Positions 1-11,840 of a stretch of DNA of 64,000 nt are shown one piece after another (the stretch's first letter is position 1; each line of letters starts with the position of its first letter). The stretch is taken from the NCBI GenBank assembly GCA_040954595.2, contig CM082576.2, forward strand, positions 16,477,028-16,541,027, given 5' to 3'. Under the pieces are notes generated by a model. The model did no database searches. It had not been told where the DNA came from and saw only the letters and a program-made list of their open reading frames with translations. The DNA is from Balanoglossus misakiensis (lineage: Eukaryota > Animalia > Hemichordata). The translations under genes and the position numbers were made by a program.

Positions 1-256
1 TTAGTTACCAAAACATAGTACTCAAACTTGACAAAATACCAGAAATAATGCAAAGATATTGATTTTCAGCAGCATATTGTAACCTTTGGGATACGAAAAC
101 GAAACAATACACACTTATTCAAATCATTCAACTGCCATCATTTCTCCTATGCAATCTCCTATATGAAAGTTCCAACGCTATAACAGTTAACGCCATGAAA
201 GCAATGACAAACTATATCTTTTGTCTGGCACTGTGGACAATGGTTTGAACCGACTC

Positions 257-572
257 ACTTTACGGAAATACATGATCCGACGTCAAGATTCTGGTTGGGA
301 GCAAAACGCGTGTGTTCCGATATCACACCGCTGCTTGTCTTCACCGAGCCATCTGCCATGACGGTGGCATCAATCCATAATTCTGGCTTACGTAGACCGC
401 AAAAAAATGAGACGCAGTACTGGTCGATTTTCCATTCAGTGGTATCAGTTAGAAGACGCATCCCAAGCTTCTCACATAGCTGGTATGTAGCCACCATACC
501 ATTCAGTGAGGTAGTTAAGTCGAAAGATGCTGCCGATTAGAAAACAACGCTCGTTCTTTCCCGTCAAATCCC
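257..572 (-). pseudogene. C-type lectin-like domain exon, apparently frameshifted
   Basis: ORF 255-497 reads YQLCEKLGMRLL...LWIDA...RFAPNQN...SCISVK, matching the CTLD pattern (C..LG..L, WIG-like, W..PN, C). It ends at an AA|GTGAGT donor. The upstream part (NERCFLI...EWYGGY) is in another frame. Family call from motif recall only. Confidence 0.45.
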
Positions 573-1905
573 TTGTAAAGCAAAACACGTTCCAAATCGT
601 CCGTTGCACGAATAATCATTTTGCGGAGGAAAGTGAAATAAAACTAAGCGCAAAATTCGGAAAATCCAACCTTTTAGGAGTTTGGTCTCTAGCCGATAAA
701 TCCAGCCTGCTTGGAAGCCTTATAGCCCTACGTGTTCCCGTCGTGGCGGCGGTGTAACGCCGGGAACACACATACCTGTACGCGGGGCTAGGAAGCCCTA
801 CAAGTTCACCAGTAAGATCGCAATGTTCCTCAGTATCAGAATTTGTCTTGCCTTTCACAACGTGTTTCCATGGTTACGCGTAAATTTTATTGTAAAAAAC
901 TTAACCATAACATAATGTCGAGATTCATGAACATGTAGGCGCTATTGTAGGTAATATCAAAAATCACACCCCCGCGTGTCATGAGACATATGCCTACCGG
1001 TAATCCGTTTCCCGATGCTCCGATGTTGTCAAACTCCTGAAACGAACTTTCAGCTGGCCCGGGCGGCCGTAAAAGCAATGCGAACTTGACATTCACTTAT
1101 ATATGAACATCAATTGAATTGAATGCATGTACTTTAAGAATAAAAGTACAGATATTGTTACAATTGCAATAAATGTCAAGATCAATTGCCTATTTTTCTC
1201 CATATCTGGTTATGTCGTGTTTTTGTATCTCCCACAAACAGAGAAAAATGACCAGTATAGGTCTAGTTTGTCCAGGGATATAAACATGTTGTAGAATGCA
1301 AAAAACAACAACATGAAACTAATGTGCAAAGAACTTCAATTAAATAAACTATAACTTACTTGCATTTTCACATAAAATGGGATGTGTCATCAAACAGTCA
1401 AGATAGCCCCACTGTTTATTTCTGTGAATTAAAAAGTTATGAAAGTATATTAACGTTTCACCACGCCAGTCAACCCGTGCATCTCTCAAACTATATAGAA
1501 ACGTTTTCTACATTTCCCCTCAATTTGATTAAAACCCGGGGATAATTGAGAATTGGGTGAACTTGATCTAAAATTTAGAAAAAAATAGACAAATGTGGTA
1601 AAATATTGCACCACATTTTGGTGTTCAAAGGTAACGATGAGACGAAACTGGAATATCTCAAACTTGCAGAGTGAAATTTTCCATAAACTCGAGGTATATG
1701 GGGGTGCAATTGCCAATAATGTTCTTCAGTCTGAAGACATTGCCAATTGCAACGTCTGGATCTCATTCAAATGTAAATCTATTCGGTCCCTACTTATATA
1801 TTTCAAAGATGGCATACCTCTGCACTTGATTCCCTGTGGTTGATATAAGTTAAGCAATATTAAAATGACAACACAAAAACATTATTTTTTATATTTAAAT
1901 TTATA

Positions 1906-2483
1906 TTATATCATGCTACCGTCCGCGATTCTGATTGGACGAGAGCTGAATCCAGCCATGGTAAAATACTGTTTTACCATGGCTAGCAGTGGTAAAACGG
2001 GCCCCTGAACTAGCATACGGCAACAAAAATGTGCGGTTAAACCACGGTCGCGCGTGTTTAAGCCAAATAAAGAAAACAAACATACTGTTGAATTAACGGA
2101 CGTTTTATTTTGGAACTGCTCCGTGGAAATATTTGTCACTTTGCCACGCGCGATGCCCGTCTTGTCACTTTTTGTCGTCTGCTTCATGTTTAATGCTCGA
2201 TTCCGGCTGGATCGCGGCCGCTCGTGTTTACATTCATCGTCGCCATGTTGGTTCACGATCGTAATTTCTCTTTCTGACGCCGTTTCGGTACGAAAATGAC
2301 ACTGATATGCCACAAAAACAATTGTTGATATAATATAATAGCAATAACCCCCGCCTCAGTCGGGTATACACTCGATTTGGGTACAATTCGCTCCATATAG
2401 CACTCGCCTGACGGCTCGTGCTATATGTCTCGAATTGTACCCAAATCTCGTGTATACCCGCCTGCGGCGGGGGTTATTGCTTA
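1906..2483. mobile_element. Non-autonomous repeat with ~140 bp terminal hairpin (family I)
   Basis: Imperfect palindrome 2341-2481. Near-identical sequence recurs at ~28645-28690 and 29016-29270. Confidence 0.8.
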
Positions 2484-5400
2484 AATATTGTCCAAACGCT
2501 CAACTCACTTCAGTGTGGCGCACTTTCCTAATTTCCTTTCAACCTGCGGCTTGTACATGTAGGTCAAAATGTCCCCGTCTCTTGTGACTACGTTTCCGTT
2601 GTCAATTAACTGTCCATCTATCCAGAACCACTTGCCTGAGATGCGTCGTTCCTTTAAAGTTTTTACTATAGCTGTGTGTTTCTCTTCGGTGTCCACTTTA
2701 ACAAGGCGAAGACCTAATCGCTCACAAAAAGTGTAAGCTGTAGCGTGATCCGTCCACCCGTAAACGCTGTTGCAATCTGGATATCAAATCGTTAATCTTA
2801 TTACAATCATACATGAAACAATGATAACATTCATGAGCTTCTGTTTTGAGGAACTTCAAACTTTCTGAACACGCCAAACACAAAATTAGTGTCTTACCTG
2901 CTTGCTGCAGTAATGTCATCGACAACATCACGAATGTAGCGATGAGTGTTAACTTCAAAGGTATTTCACGACAATCTCGCAACATTTTACAGCTTCTCAG
3001 GCAAGCCATGGTTGCGAGTTTGCGGCTAATCTGCGAGTATTTTATGAACCAACATCTCAGAAAGAGATTAAGGGCTAAATGGAGATGCTACGCCGTGTTC
3101 CTTTATTTGTGCGTAATATACCAGCTACCGCCTGAGGTTGTTCGGACCAACCAACCGGAACGTTGTTGCCTCAATTGCCCCAACTCCTACACGCTTTGTC
3201 GAGTCAATTCACCACAGGCCTTGCATCAGGATAATAATAATAATATCATAGATAACATATAATGATCATTATTGACACTGTACAGTAAACGCTGTAGACA
3301 CCGTATACTTACAACGCTTTGAACATTAATTCGAATTCATTAAATTTGTGTGTTATTGAGAAATGTGAATGGTTCACTAGCGACTGTAATATAAAATAGA
3401 ACGTGTTCACGAGGATAACAGTTAAAGCATTCTTGATACGTCAGCAAAAAGTTGAAATCATACGTGTTCACTTTACTGCATATTTGACCACATGTATATA
3501 GTCCTGCCGTGTGCATACCTTCAATATGCCATTATACATGGAACTTAGACAAAGGCATACTCATGATAAATGCATTTATCCACGTGTAAGGAAGAGGCAT
3601 TCAAAATGTGTAATGTTTAATTGATGGTTCGGCATCTCGCGATGAATCTTGTATGAGATTCTCCACCCTATTTCATTAAGTACTCACCAGTTAATGCGTT
3701 ACTTTACTATTTATGTATTAATGGCTGTCATAAAATGAAAAGGAAAGAATGAATATAAAACTTGTTGCTCCCGGTTAATGGATAAATTAAACAAAAGTGG
3801 TATTAATCATCAAAGTGTTCGAGTCATAACCAGCGGACATTATGTATAAAACATTTGCTGGACCCAGTTAAGGGAAATTCAGCATATTGTCTCGAAACAC
3901 ATTTTTCTCTTGAATGCACATTAGATATATATGTTTAATGCCTTGCCTTTAACGCCTTCTTCACATAAGTTTTCCCAGATATCTACATTTAAAAATTGAT
4001 CGTCTGCCACTGTGTAGAGAATGCAAAATTTTCTAAAGCTTTGTAATAAACCTCATCAAGGAATAGTTATTTGATAGTCTCGTCGTGTCTTCATTTAATG
4101 ATGAGAAACATTCGTAGAGTCTGTATGGTCAGGGTGGCGGTTGGGATGTAGGAGAGACGGGGACACGTGTAGAGTATAAAATTCAAGGCCGAAGACTTTA
4201 TTTTAAAAATGACCAGCCATAGACATACAGGACAAGATTTGTAGTCCAGCCTTGACCAATAAAGAACCGCGCTCAAAACATATCTACATGTACTTGCTAC
4301 AAATTAGGACAAAAATCATTCAATGATACAAGTCATATTTGAAAAGACATCTAAAATAAAGACAAAAATCTTGAACAACAAACCATAACTTCTGCAGCAT
4401 GCGTTTCGTGTTGTCACCTCTTAGGACCAATCGGACGCCCCTGTGCTAAACGTGGCATCGTCCATCAGATGTGACGATTTCCACTATTGTCTTGAAAGCA
4501 CTCAGTGTTTTTTCCGTATTGTGGGTATTTGGACTCACTAGCAAGGAATTGTGGGTAGCTGATGTTAAATACACGGGTAGTAATACAGAACTATACATTG
4601 AAAGACTTTCTAACAAAACTCATCAGATATATTCTCATAAGATATATAAAATACTGCTATTCATACACGATATAAAATACGAGACTTTTAGAATACTTGT
4701 GTGTATTTGAATACAAGTACATTGGTTAGAATGTTACCAGTGGTATAAATATTTTTATATAATTTTTTTTTCTTGACAGCCAAAAAGCTTTCAGAGAAGA
4801 ATTTGTTTTAGGCCCAACTGTAGTTAATAAGAAATAATTTTGCAAAATACGTTCATGATTTATAAAATTGACCCCTACTTCATTTGTTGTTTCCGTAAAG
4901 ATCCAAATTGGTCGATTGGATATTTCTAGTTTGTAATTAATATTGATAAATTGGCTACCATTAATTTTCAGCAACTATTGAGTGTAGTGTTCATCTTCCC
5001 ATATGGTCACACTGTGAACAGCGCCCCAACTGGCCAGAATGTCAACACATCTGCCCAAATTCCAGGCGGACATTACAAGACTGTGGTCGATCAATCTGGT
5101 CATCATGTTTTGTCCCATATTCTTTTGTTGGCTGCACGTTTTGGACAAAGCACACAGTTTCAAACTATGTGCATGATCTAGTGTCCTGATAATAACTACT
5201 TTGAACTTCAAGATTCTGTGGAGATTTAGTCACATGGGTGTGTTACCATCAGCCAATCAGAAGTCTCAGATTCACTGCTTTATTCTTCACTACAGACACT
5301 TCAAGCCATTAAACATAGGGTTTATTTTGGCACGGAATGTAACTTGTAACTTCTATTCTCAGAAATAAATTGTTATGATATGCCGCTATCATTGCCTGTA

Positions 5401-7243
5401 ATCTCACTACAGCATACCTGCAGCATACCACATGCAATACTTTGATAGAGCGCCCTCTAGCAGAGTTCATATGACATTGTAAGGTCATGTTTTTCCCGCG
5501 TTGTTCATGGCTGCCATCTTGTTTTAGCAGAACGTACTGGTTGTTGTGTCCGTGTTCCAGTTGAAGTTTCTCATTAAACGAGTTATACAAAACGTTACCT
5601 GATCTCACCGAGTCAGCAAACATAACATAAATATAATCAATTGAATATATTTCATTTTCACAGATTGTTTCAGTGCAATGTTGCTGCGGTTTGGAAAAAA
5701 AACAAAACGCGTGATCGTGGCTACTTTGCCATTTCTGTGTAAATTTGTGATTGTAAGAAATCAACTTGTTGCACATGAAAACTACTTTTACCAAATCTTC
5801 GCTAACAAGTTTTACAGACTATAGTCATTCTAAAGCCATATGTCTTAGTTTTTTGGTGTTTTATTGTTGACATGAAAACCATGACACATCTGGAAAAAAA
5901 TCTTGATATAAAGAAAAATGTACTCTTGAATTTAGAAAATGAACATTTACAACTACTGTGTCTACTGACCCTCAAGGGACAAGGGTGTTTCACTTCTGTT
6001 GCAATGTCATTTCCATTGACACAAGTTCAGTTGCCAGTTAGCTATTCATTACACATAATACCAAGACATAACAGTCTGTTTACGTCTGGGTGTGTTTAAT
6101 ATTAACAATAAAGGCTGTCCCTTATATGATCAGAATATGTTGATTCCAGTAATTACAAGAAAACATATCAATTTAGTTTCAATTGTAGCAACTGTTATGA
6201 TTTATCTGAGCTGAGACAACATCTCTGCTTTGAAGATTTGTTTTGTGGCATCCAAACACAAAGTGAGTTTCCTATGAAGACAACGTTCAGAAAGATTTTC
6301 AGGTTGGCTTGGAGGAAATAATGCTATCCAAATATGCGTTAGAGTACAGGTATAAAAATCTGTCATAACTACCCATCATGCATCAGTCAGACTGTGCTAC
6401 TTGTATCATAGAGCAAAACTAGCAAAAATATCCAAATATCAAATTTTACTGTTGAAAAGTTTTATACAATACCATATAACTTTTAAATAGCTTCCAAGAA
6501 TATTGTAATACATTGAGTGTTCAATGGGAAAATTTACATAGATAGCGTGAAAACATTCTAGACATTTGATGAGCACAAAGTGAAAAGACACTGATCGAGT
6601 TATGATATCAAGTCAAAATGGATTGCAACAGTAATTACCACTGTAACTGGACATGCTGGTAGTAGAAACAACATTGGTTAGAGTTTATGGTTGAACCTTG
6701 TGACTTGACAAGCATTTGCAGACACTGTACAGGCCATCCAGATGAAAAAAACATTGGAAACGACACCAAAACATGCTAACATACTAAGTGACTTGGCAAA
6801 CAACTGATATCAGCCATATGTGGTTTATTTTCCAGCCATCGATGACAGCGCGAGACTTCATTCTGACCTTTCCACCCCGATAGTATGGTTCAGCCCATTG
6901 TTTTCAATGATATGGTTTAACCCATATACTAGAAATGGGGTGAAAGTCTCTCTCTATGTTCTATTTTGTTGTGAAGCTGTTAACTTAATAATCCTTCTTT
7001 CCAAGTGGGCATTGTGTTGTTGCAGGTATCTTTGTAATCATATCAGCTTGCTTCTCCAAAACATCATCCACCTGATTACTATCCCTGTAACAAACACAAT
7101 ACAAAAACACTCATTAAAATCACGAATTTACTTCAATTCCAAACCAAGGTAGCGATTTGACGCGCTCGCCTTTGTGTGTGGCTGGGCAACAGGTGTCTGC
7201 CGATGTCAAACTGCCATAGCTGTAGTATACTATGTTTACAGTA

Positions 7244-7412
7244 TACAGTCAAAGCTGTATTAGTGGCTACCTCTATATAGTGGCCACTTTGTTACAGTCC
7301 CTGTGCAATTTACATATGCATTAATTGACCTGTATATAGAGGCCATTATCTGTCTATAAAGGCCAGTTCAGAAGAGTCCCTTAACTGGCCACTATAGACA
7401 GATTCGAATGTA
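7244..7412. mobile_element. Short Tc1/mariner-type MITE
   Basis: TA-CAGTCAAAGCTGT start and degenerate inverted end ACAGATTCGAATG-TA, with internal TAGTGGC/GGCCACTA repeats. A similar element lies at ~53693-53810. Confidence 0.5.
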
Positions 7413-7672
7413 CTACAGCAGATCAACATCATCAGGCACCTGTGCATGGGTCCTAATACAATGTAATTGTTCTAACTGTGGCCAAAACAAATTTGCTGGC
7501 ATACCAAATCCCCACCCCCAGAAATCAAATGGTTAATCTCCCCCAAGAAACAATACAATAGATTTATTCCACATAAAGTGTAGAAAGAATTGTTATCATA
7601 CAATCAGCCACTGACTCACACAGTAACCTGCAATATAGGCAAACTCTTTCATTCTCTGTCAAAGTTTGCAAC

Positions 7673-8544
7673 TAGACCACGAGCCAGTAGGGGTTTACCT
7701 CCCCCCCCCCCCGGGGGGAATTTTTGAGTTAATGTTTTCCTGAAAGCCTATCATATACTGAGTAAAATTCACTTTGTTTGCCATCTGGGCACCGGGGCGT
7801 TTTCGAGTTATTGGCTTCTAAATTATATTGGGTAACGTATGTAGAAAAGCCTAAAAGTGCATATAAATTGACGTAGGGGGGTAAATTAGTCTTGTAAAAT
7901 ACTGTCTCTCTGAATGTATACCTAGAACAACAGGGAAGTATTTGGTATCAAAAGAAAGCTTAATAAACAAGCTTTCCATTAATTACAAAATAAAAGTGAT
8001 ATGACAAATCATGACATCATAGTGACGTCATAAGTCAAAATACCCTTACGAAAATGGTGTTCTGTTCACCTATAAATGTGAGGTTTTGCAAAACACGTCT
8101 CTGAGCAATTGTACTGATGAAAACTGTGATGTGTTTGGTATCAACAGAAAGCTGATTGAGTAAAGTATCTAATTATTGCAAACAATTGATATAATAATCA
8201 ATTACGCCATCATTACGTCATACTTCCAAGTACCCTTACCAATTAGTGACTATGATGACAAGTTATTACCGTAGGAGATAGGTGCCTTTAAATAAAAAAA
8301 TTGGTAAGGAAGGTTTGTGAAGTCCATTCTATGTAAAAATTGGTGCTGATTCCAAAAAAGGCAGTCTTATTGACCCCACCCAAGACAAAATTGCCATTTT
8401 GGCACTTTTTAACCCAAAAAAGGTCATTTTTAGAAAACACTAAAAACACACTGTTTTCATCACATTCGAAGATCTGATGACATATGATATGCCTATTCTA
8501 TGTAAAATTACGAAAAAAGCAGTTTGACTGACCCCACGCAAGAC
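7673..8544. mobile_element. One end of a long-TIR DNA transposon (Academ-like), other end missing
   Basis: Begins TAGACCACGAGCCAG...poly-C...GAAAGCCTAT, resembling the terminus TAGTCCATGGGCCAG...poly-C...GAAAGCCTAT of the complete element at 37216. Has internal subrepeats (e.g. TGACCCCAC[C/G]CAAGAC twice). Confidence 0.55.
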
Positions 8545-8995
8545 TATCTCCTGTAGAAAACACACAAGAGGAAGAACATACTCTATTCATTGTTTCATTA
8601 AAGGGACATTATTTTATTTTCAGTACTTTCGTTCTGTGTACCAAATGTAATTTCTTGTTCTACATCAAACAGTCTGCTTATATATCCGGTATATGTACCT
8701 ACACTGCTTGTCAACATAACTATAGCCGTAGGTATGTAACGGCCGATGTTAGTGTTGCGAATACATGATGTATAACCTAACAATGTTTATAATTCAAACA
8801 GCTGTAAACATTAAAAAAAACTTTTGCTTAATTGTACCGGATGAACGTTGGTGTTTACGTGCATTTCATAAATAAAAAAGATGTATATGCAAATTTTGAT
8901 GTCTGCAAGAACATCCTTATTGACAAACATGTACAGTACAACAGTACAGGAATGTGGCGAGACATGTTTGCATGGCAAAACTAATGTCTTCCTAC

Positions 8996-9257
8996 CTGCG
9001 TTTCCGGTATATTCTCCAAGAGTCAGTTTATATTTACTGAATTCATCACCAATGACGAATCTATCATATTTTGCGTATCTGGTTTCGTTGTCAAAGTCTT
9101 CCATGTCGATTCTGAGTTCGTAAGTCCGTTGATTTGTCAATCGATGCAACTTATCATTTCCCAGCCAGAACTCGGCAGCAGGAAACCCGAATCCATTTTT
9201 GTAGTCATTCCAGTAGCGGTAGAAATCTAAGCTACCATCGCGTCTCCTTTGAAATAC
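8996..9257 (-). CDS. FReD core exon
   Basis: 262 nt, AG|GTATTT start, G|GTAGGA end. Canonical FQRR.DGS.DF.R.W..YK.GFG and EFWLGND motifs. Confidence 0.92.
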
Positions 9258-9584
9258 CTTATAATTAAAAGAATGAACGCGAAAACCATCAACGCCAGAC
9301 TGAGACCAATTAAGGTGTGTACCTTCCACAGGAATTACTTTGAATCGGACACCAAGAAATCGGAAGTAGCTGAATTGCAAAAATATAAAAAATACCAAAA
9401 GTGATCGGCTTTCATCCGGTGAGAAAACAATTGTATCTGGCAATCTATCATAATCGTGTATTCCAGAACTATAGTTTTACACGTTTGCAATACAGATTAA
9501 ATTAACAGTTTTCTCTCGAAGCAGCGCTTTTATTTTTAAGAAAATACTAGCCCTGCTTCGCTAAGTATTCTAATAGACACACAC

Positions 9585-9727
9585 CGTCCACCCTCCGTTA
9601 TCTGTCTCCATATCACAATAGACTTTGAATGGGGTTCCGTCGTCCATGGGTTGCACAGTGTACACGCCACTTGGAGTTTCTTTGTCCCGCCGATAAATAT
9701 CATAGCAATCCAACCGTGGCCGACGCT
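9585..9727 (-). CDS. FReD first exon
   Basis: 143 nt, not in the ORF track. DC..I......SGVY and VYCDM.TDNGGWT motifs, joined in frame to the next exon. Confidence 0.9.
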
Positions 9728-11840
9728 CTAAAATACACGCATAATCTTTGAATCATTATTGACGCTTATATAATCGATCAAATCCAGAACGTGTACGTCT
9801 AAGATAAGAGGAGTCTGATGATTCTAAAAAAATTATTGATGAAATTTGATGTGGCATATTGCGAAAGTACATGTAGAGCTCCATATAACACATGAATAAG
9901 TGTTGGTATATTATTTGCTAAGCGTACTGTATATTAGTTCTATGGGTCAAAACTGACGTCATTGTGTACATCGGTACACAACGGTATGCGAAGCACTATT
10001 TTCTGAACAGCGATAAATTTTCAATATTATTGTGCATCTTTATCTCCCAAACCTATAAGACTATTTTAACAAGTATTTGAGCTTATGATTAAAAATAATG
10101 TACAGCCATGATGCAGTGGCGCTTACATAAAGGACCCTTAGCTTCATGGTACCACAGTTATTAGATTGAGCGGCACAATACAAGGAGATAGCAACAACAT
10201 CTATATCAACCTCACGTGTAGACTGACACATGACCAGTAATGCTCCCGAGTGAAATGTTGACCAATGATGCAATTTACTGCCGAAAAATTGGTGATAATA
10301 AGCTCTCTGCGTTTCGTCTAAAGGGCGACTCTAGTTCAGTGCCGATATAGCATCACGCATATTGTTTCACCTGGTTCAGAAGATTAGTTCTGTTCGCTAC
10401 AATTCAGACGGCGAGCCGGAGCGCCCGCACAGGACTGAATCTTTCAGTCTATAGGCTATACTACGAGATTTAAAATAAATCAAAAACATTCTCAAATACA
10501 TGTAGACGGGAAATATCACATAATTTGGAGACTCCTCCATGCGGCTCTGGGGTTTCTTTACTGTGCCGGGCATTTCACAGTAAAACTTCACTGAGAACCG
10601 ATACACCGACGTATAACCCTGAACAAGGAGTACTGAGATTAGTGCCAAGATGAAACAGACTTTCCTCGACCTGCCCCGTTACCAGAGCAAGGAGTACTGA
10701 GTTCTGCGTCAACAGTGCACATAACCTTTTCCTCAACCTGCCCACTGGCTACATCAGTGCACAACAAACAGCTACCCACGCGGCCATGGCTTGGAGAAGT
10801 ATTTGATGTCAGTTCTTTACCCCGGAAACATGAAGACAAAAAAGAATGACAGAAGTTTGGCGCAAAGGCAGAAGAAAAACAAGACTGTACTCACCGAGAA
10901 CACCCCAGGCGAGGGGACTTACCTGAAATGTTCCATCTCTGTTTGCGCTGTCCACGTATATACAACATTGATCCCGTAGACAATATCGTTTTCTCAATAT
11001 CTCGAGTGTTTCCGTAGCACCGACGCAGTTGTCATATACGACTGGGTTTCTCAATCTCTTTTACATTCCAACTGTCATCATCCAAATATCATGTCTCCTG
11101 TCTTCTGGTTCGACGTTTAGGTTAATTTTCTTAATTTCGAACCTGTGATGCACACCTTCCTACTATTTACAACAAAAGTTTGATATGTCTATAAATCTTA
11201 GAATAGTGGTTTGTTTACTTTGTTTCTCGCTTGACAAAAGTGTTTCCTTACGAATGCTGAGCCCCATTCGGTAAGCCGATGCAATTTTACAAATTATCGT
11301 TGGGAGTTGCTCGACTTCTTTGGTAAAATGAATGATACTGCTATAATACAATATATCATGCTAGCTTAATAGATTTGTGCATATGGTTTTCAAAGTTGAT
11401 GTGAAAAATATGGTTCTAATTGTTGGCAAAAGTAACCTTATCTGTCGTTAGTCTAATATTTTAGAGAAAGAAACAACGAAAACAGTTTTTTACGGAGCCC
11501 TGTAAGCGGTTCTGGGGTCTCTTTACCGTGCCGGGCATTTCACAGTAAAACTTCACTATGTATTCATACACCAGCGGAGGGGTGGGTACAAGATTTGACC
11601 CTGAACAAGGTCTACAAACGGCGATGGGTCGGCTCGTTCTCTCCCCTTTCACTCAACCACCTGACCCCTGCCTCGACCTGTTCACTACTGGTGTAATTTC
11701 CACAGCTACCCACGTGACCATAGCGTACAAGGGCTCATAGACATGGTCTATTTTACCCGGAAATGGCTAGCTAACTGCAAGAATTTGTCAAGACAGTGAC
11801 AGATAAGATTACTTTCCTATAGCATTGTTCTGTTGGAAAT

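Larger units (their letters stand above)
8498..9727 (-). pseudogene. Fibrinogen C-terminal domain (FReD; ficolin/tenascin/FIBCD-like) gene, 3'-truncated
   Basis: Exons 9727-9585 (RLDCYDIY...PSGVYTV...FKVYCDMETDNGGWT), 9257-8996 (VFQRRRDGSLDFYRYWNDYKNGFG...EFWLGNDKLHRLT...ELRIDMEDF...YTGNAG) and 8550-8498 (GDSL, then transposon sequence and a stop). All are GT-AG with consistent phases. The C-terminal part of the domain was not found. Confidence 0.85.

Noticed and set aside
2505-3009. ORFs possibly from a LINE ORF1 remnant (WIDGQL)
   Set aside because: The motif is too short to support a call without a search.
6820-7090. Missing last FReD exon (acceptor at ~7085 followed by GATAGT)
   Set aside because: The phase does not join to give GDS, and no FST.D.DND or GWW motif appears in any frame.
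9258-9443. N-terminal part of the 210 aa ORF as coding
   Set aside because: Intron read-through: the real upstream FReD exon is 9727-9585.
11506-11556. LSU rRNA or mitochondrial 16S fragment (AGTGAA...GTGAA...AGACCCC resemblance)
   Set aside because: Similarity is limited to a few short words and no flanking rRNA sequence is present.
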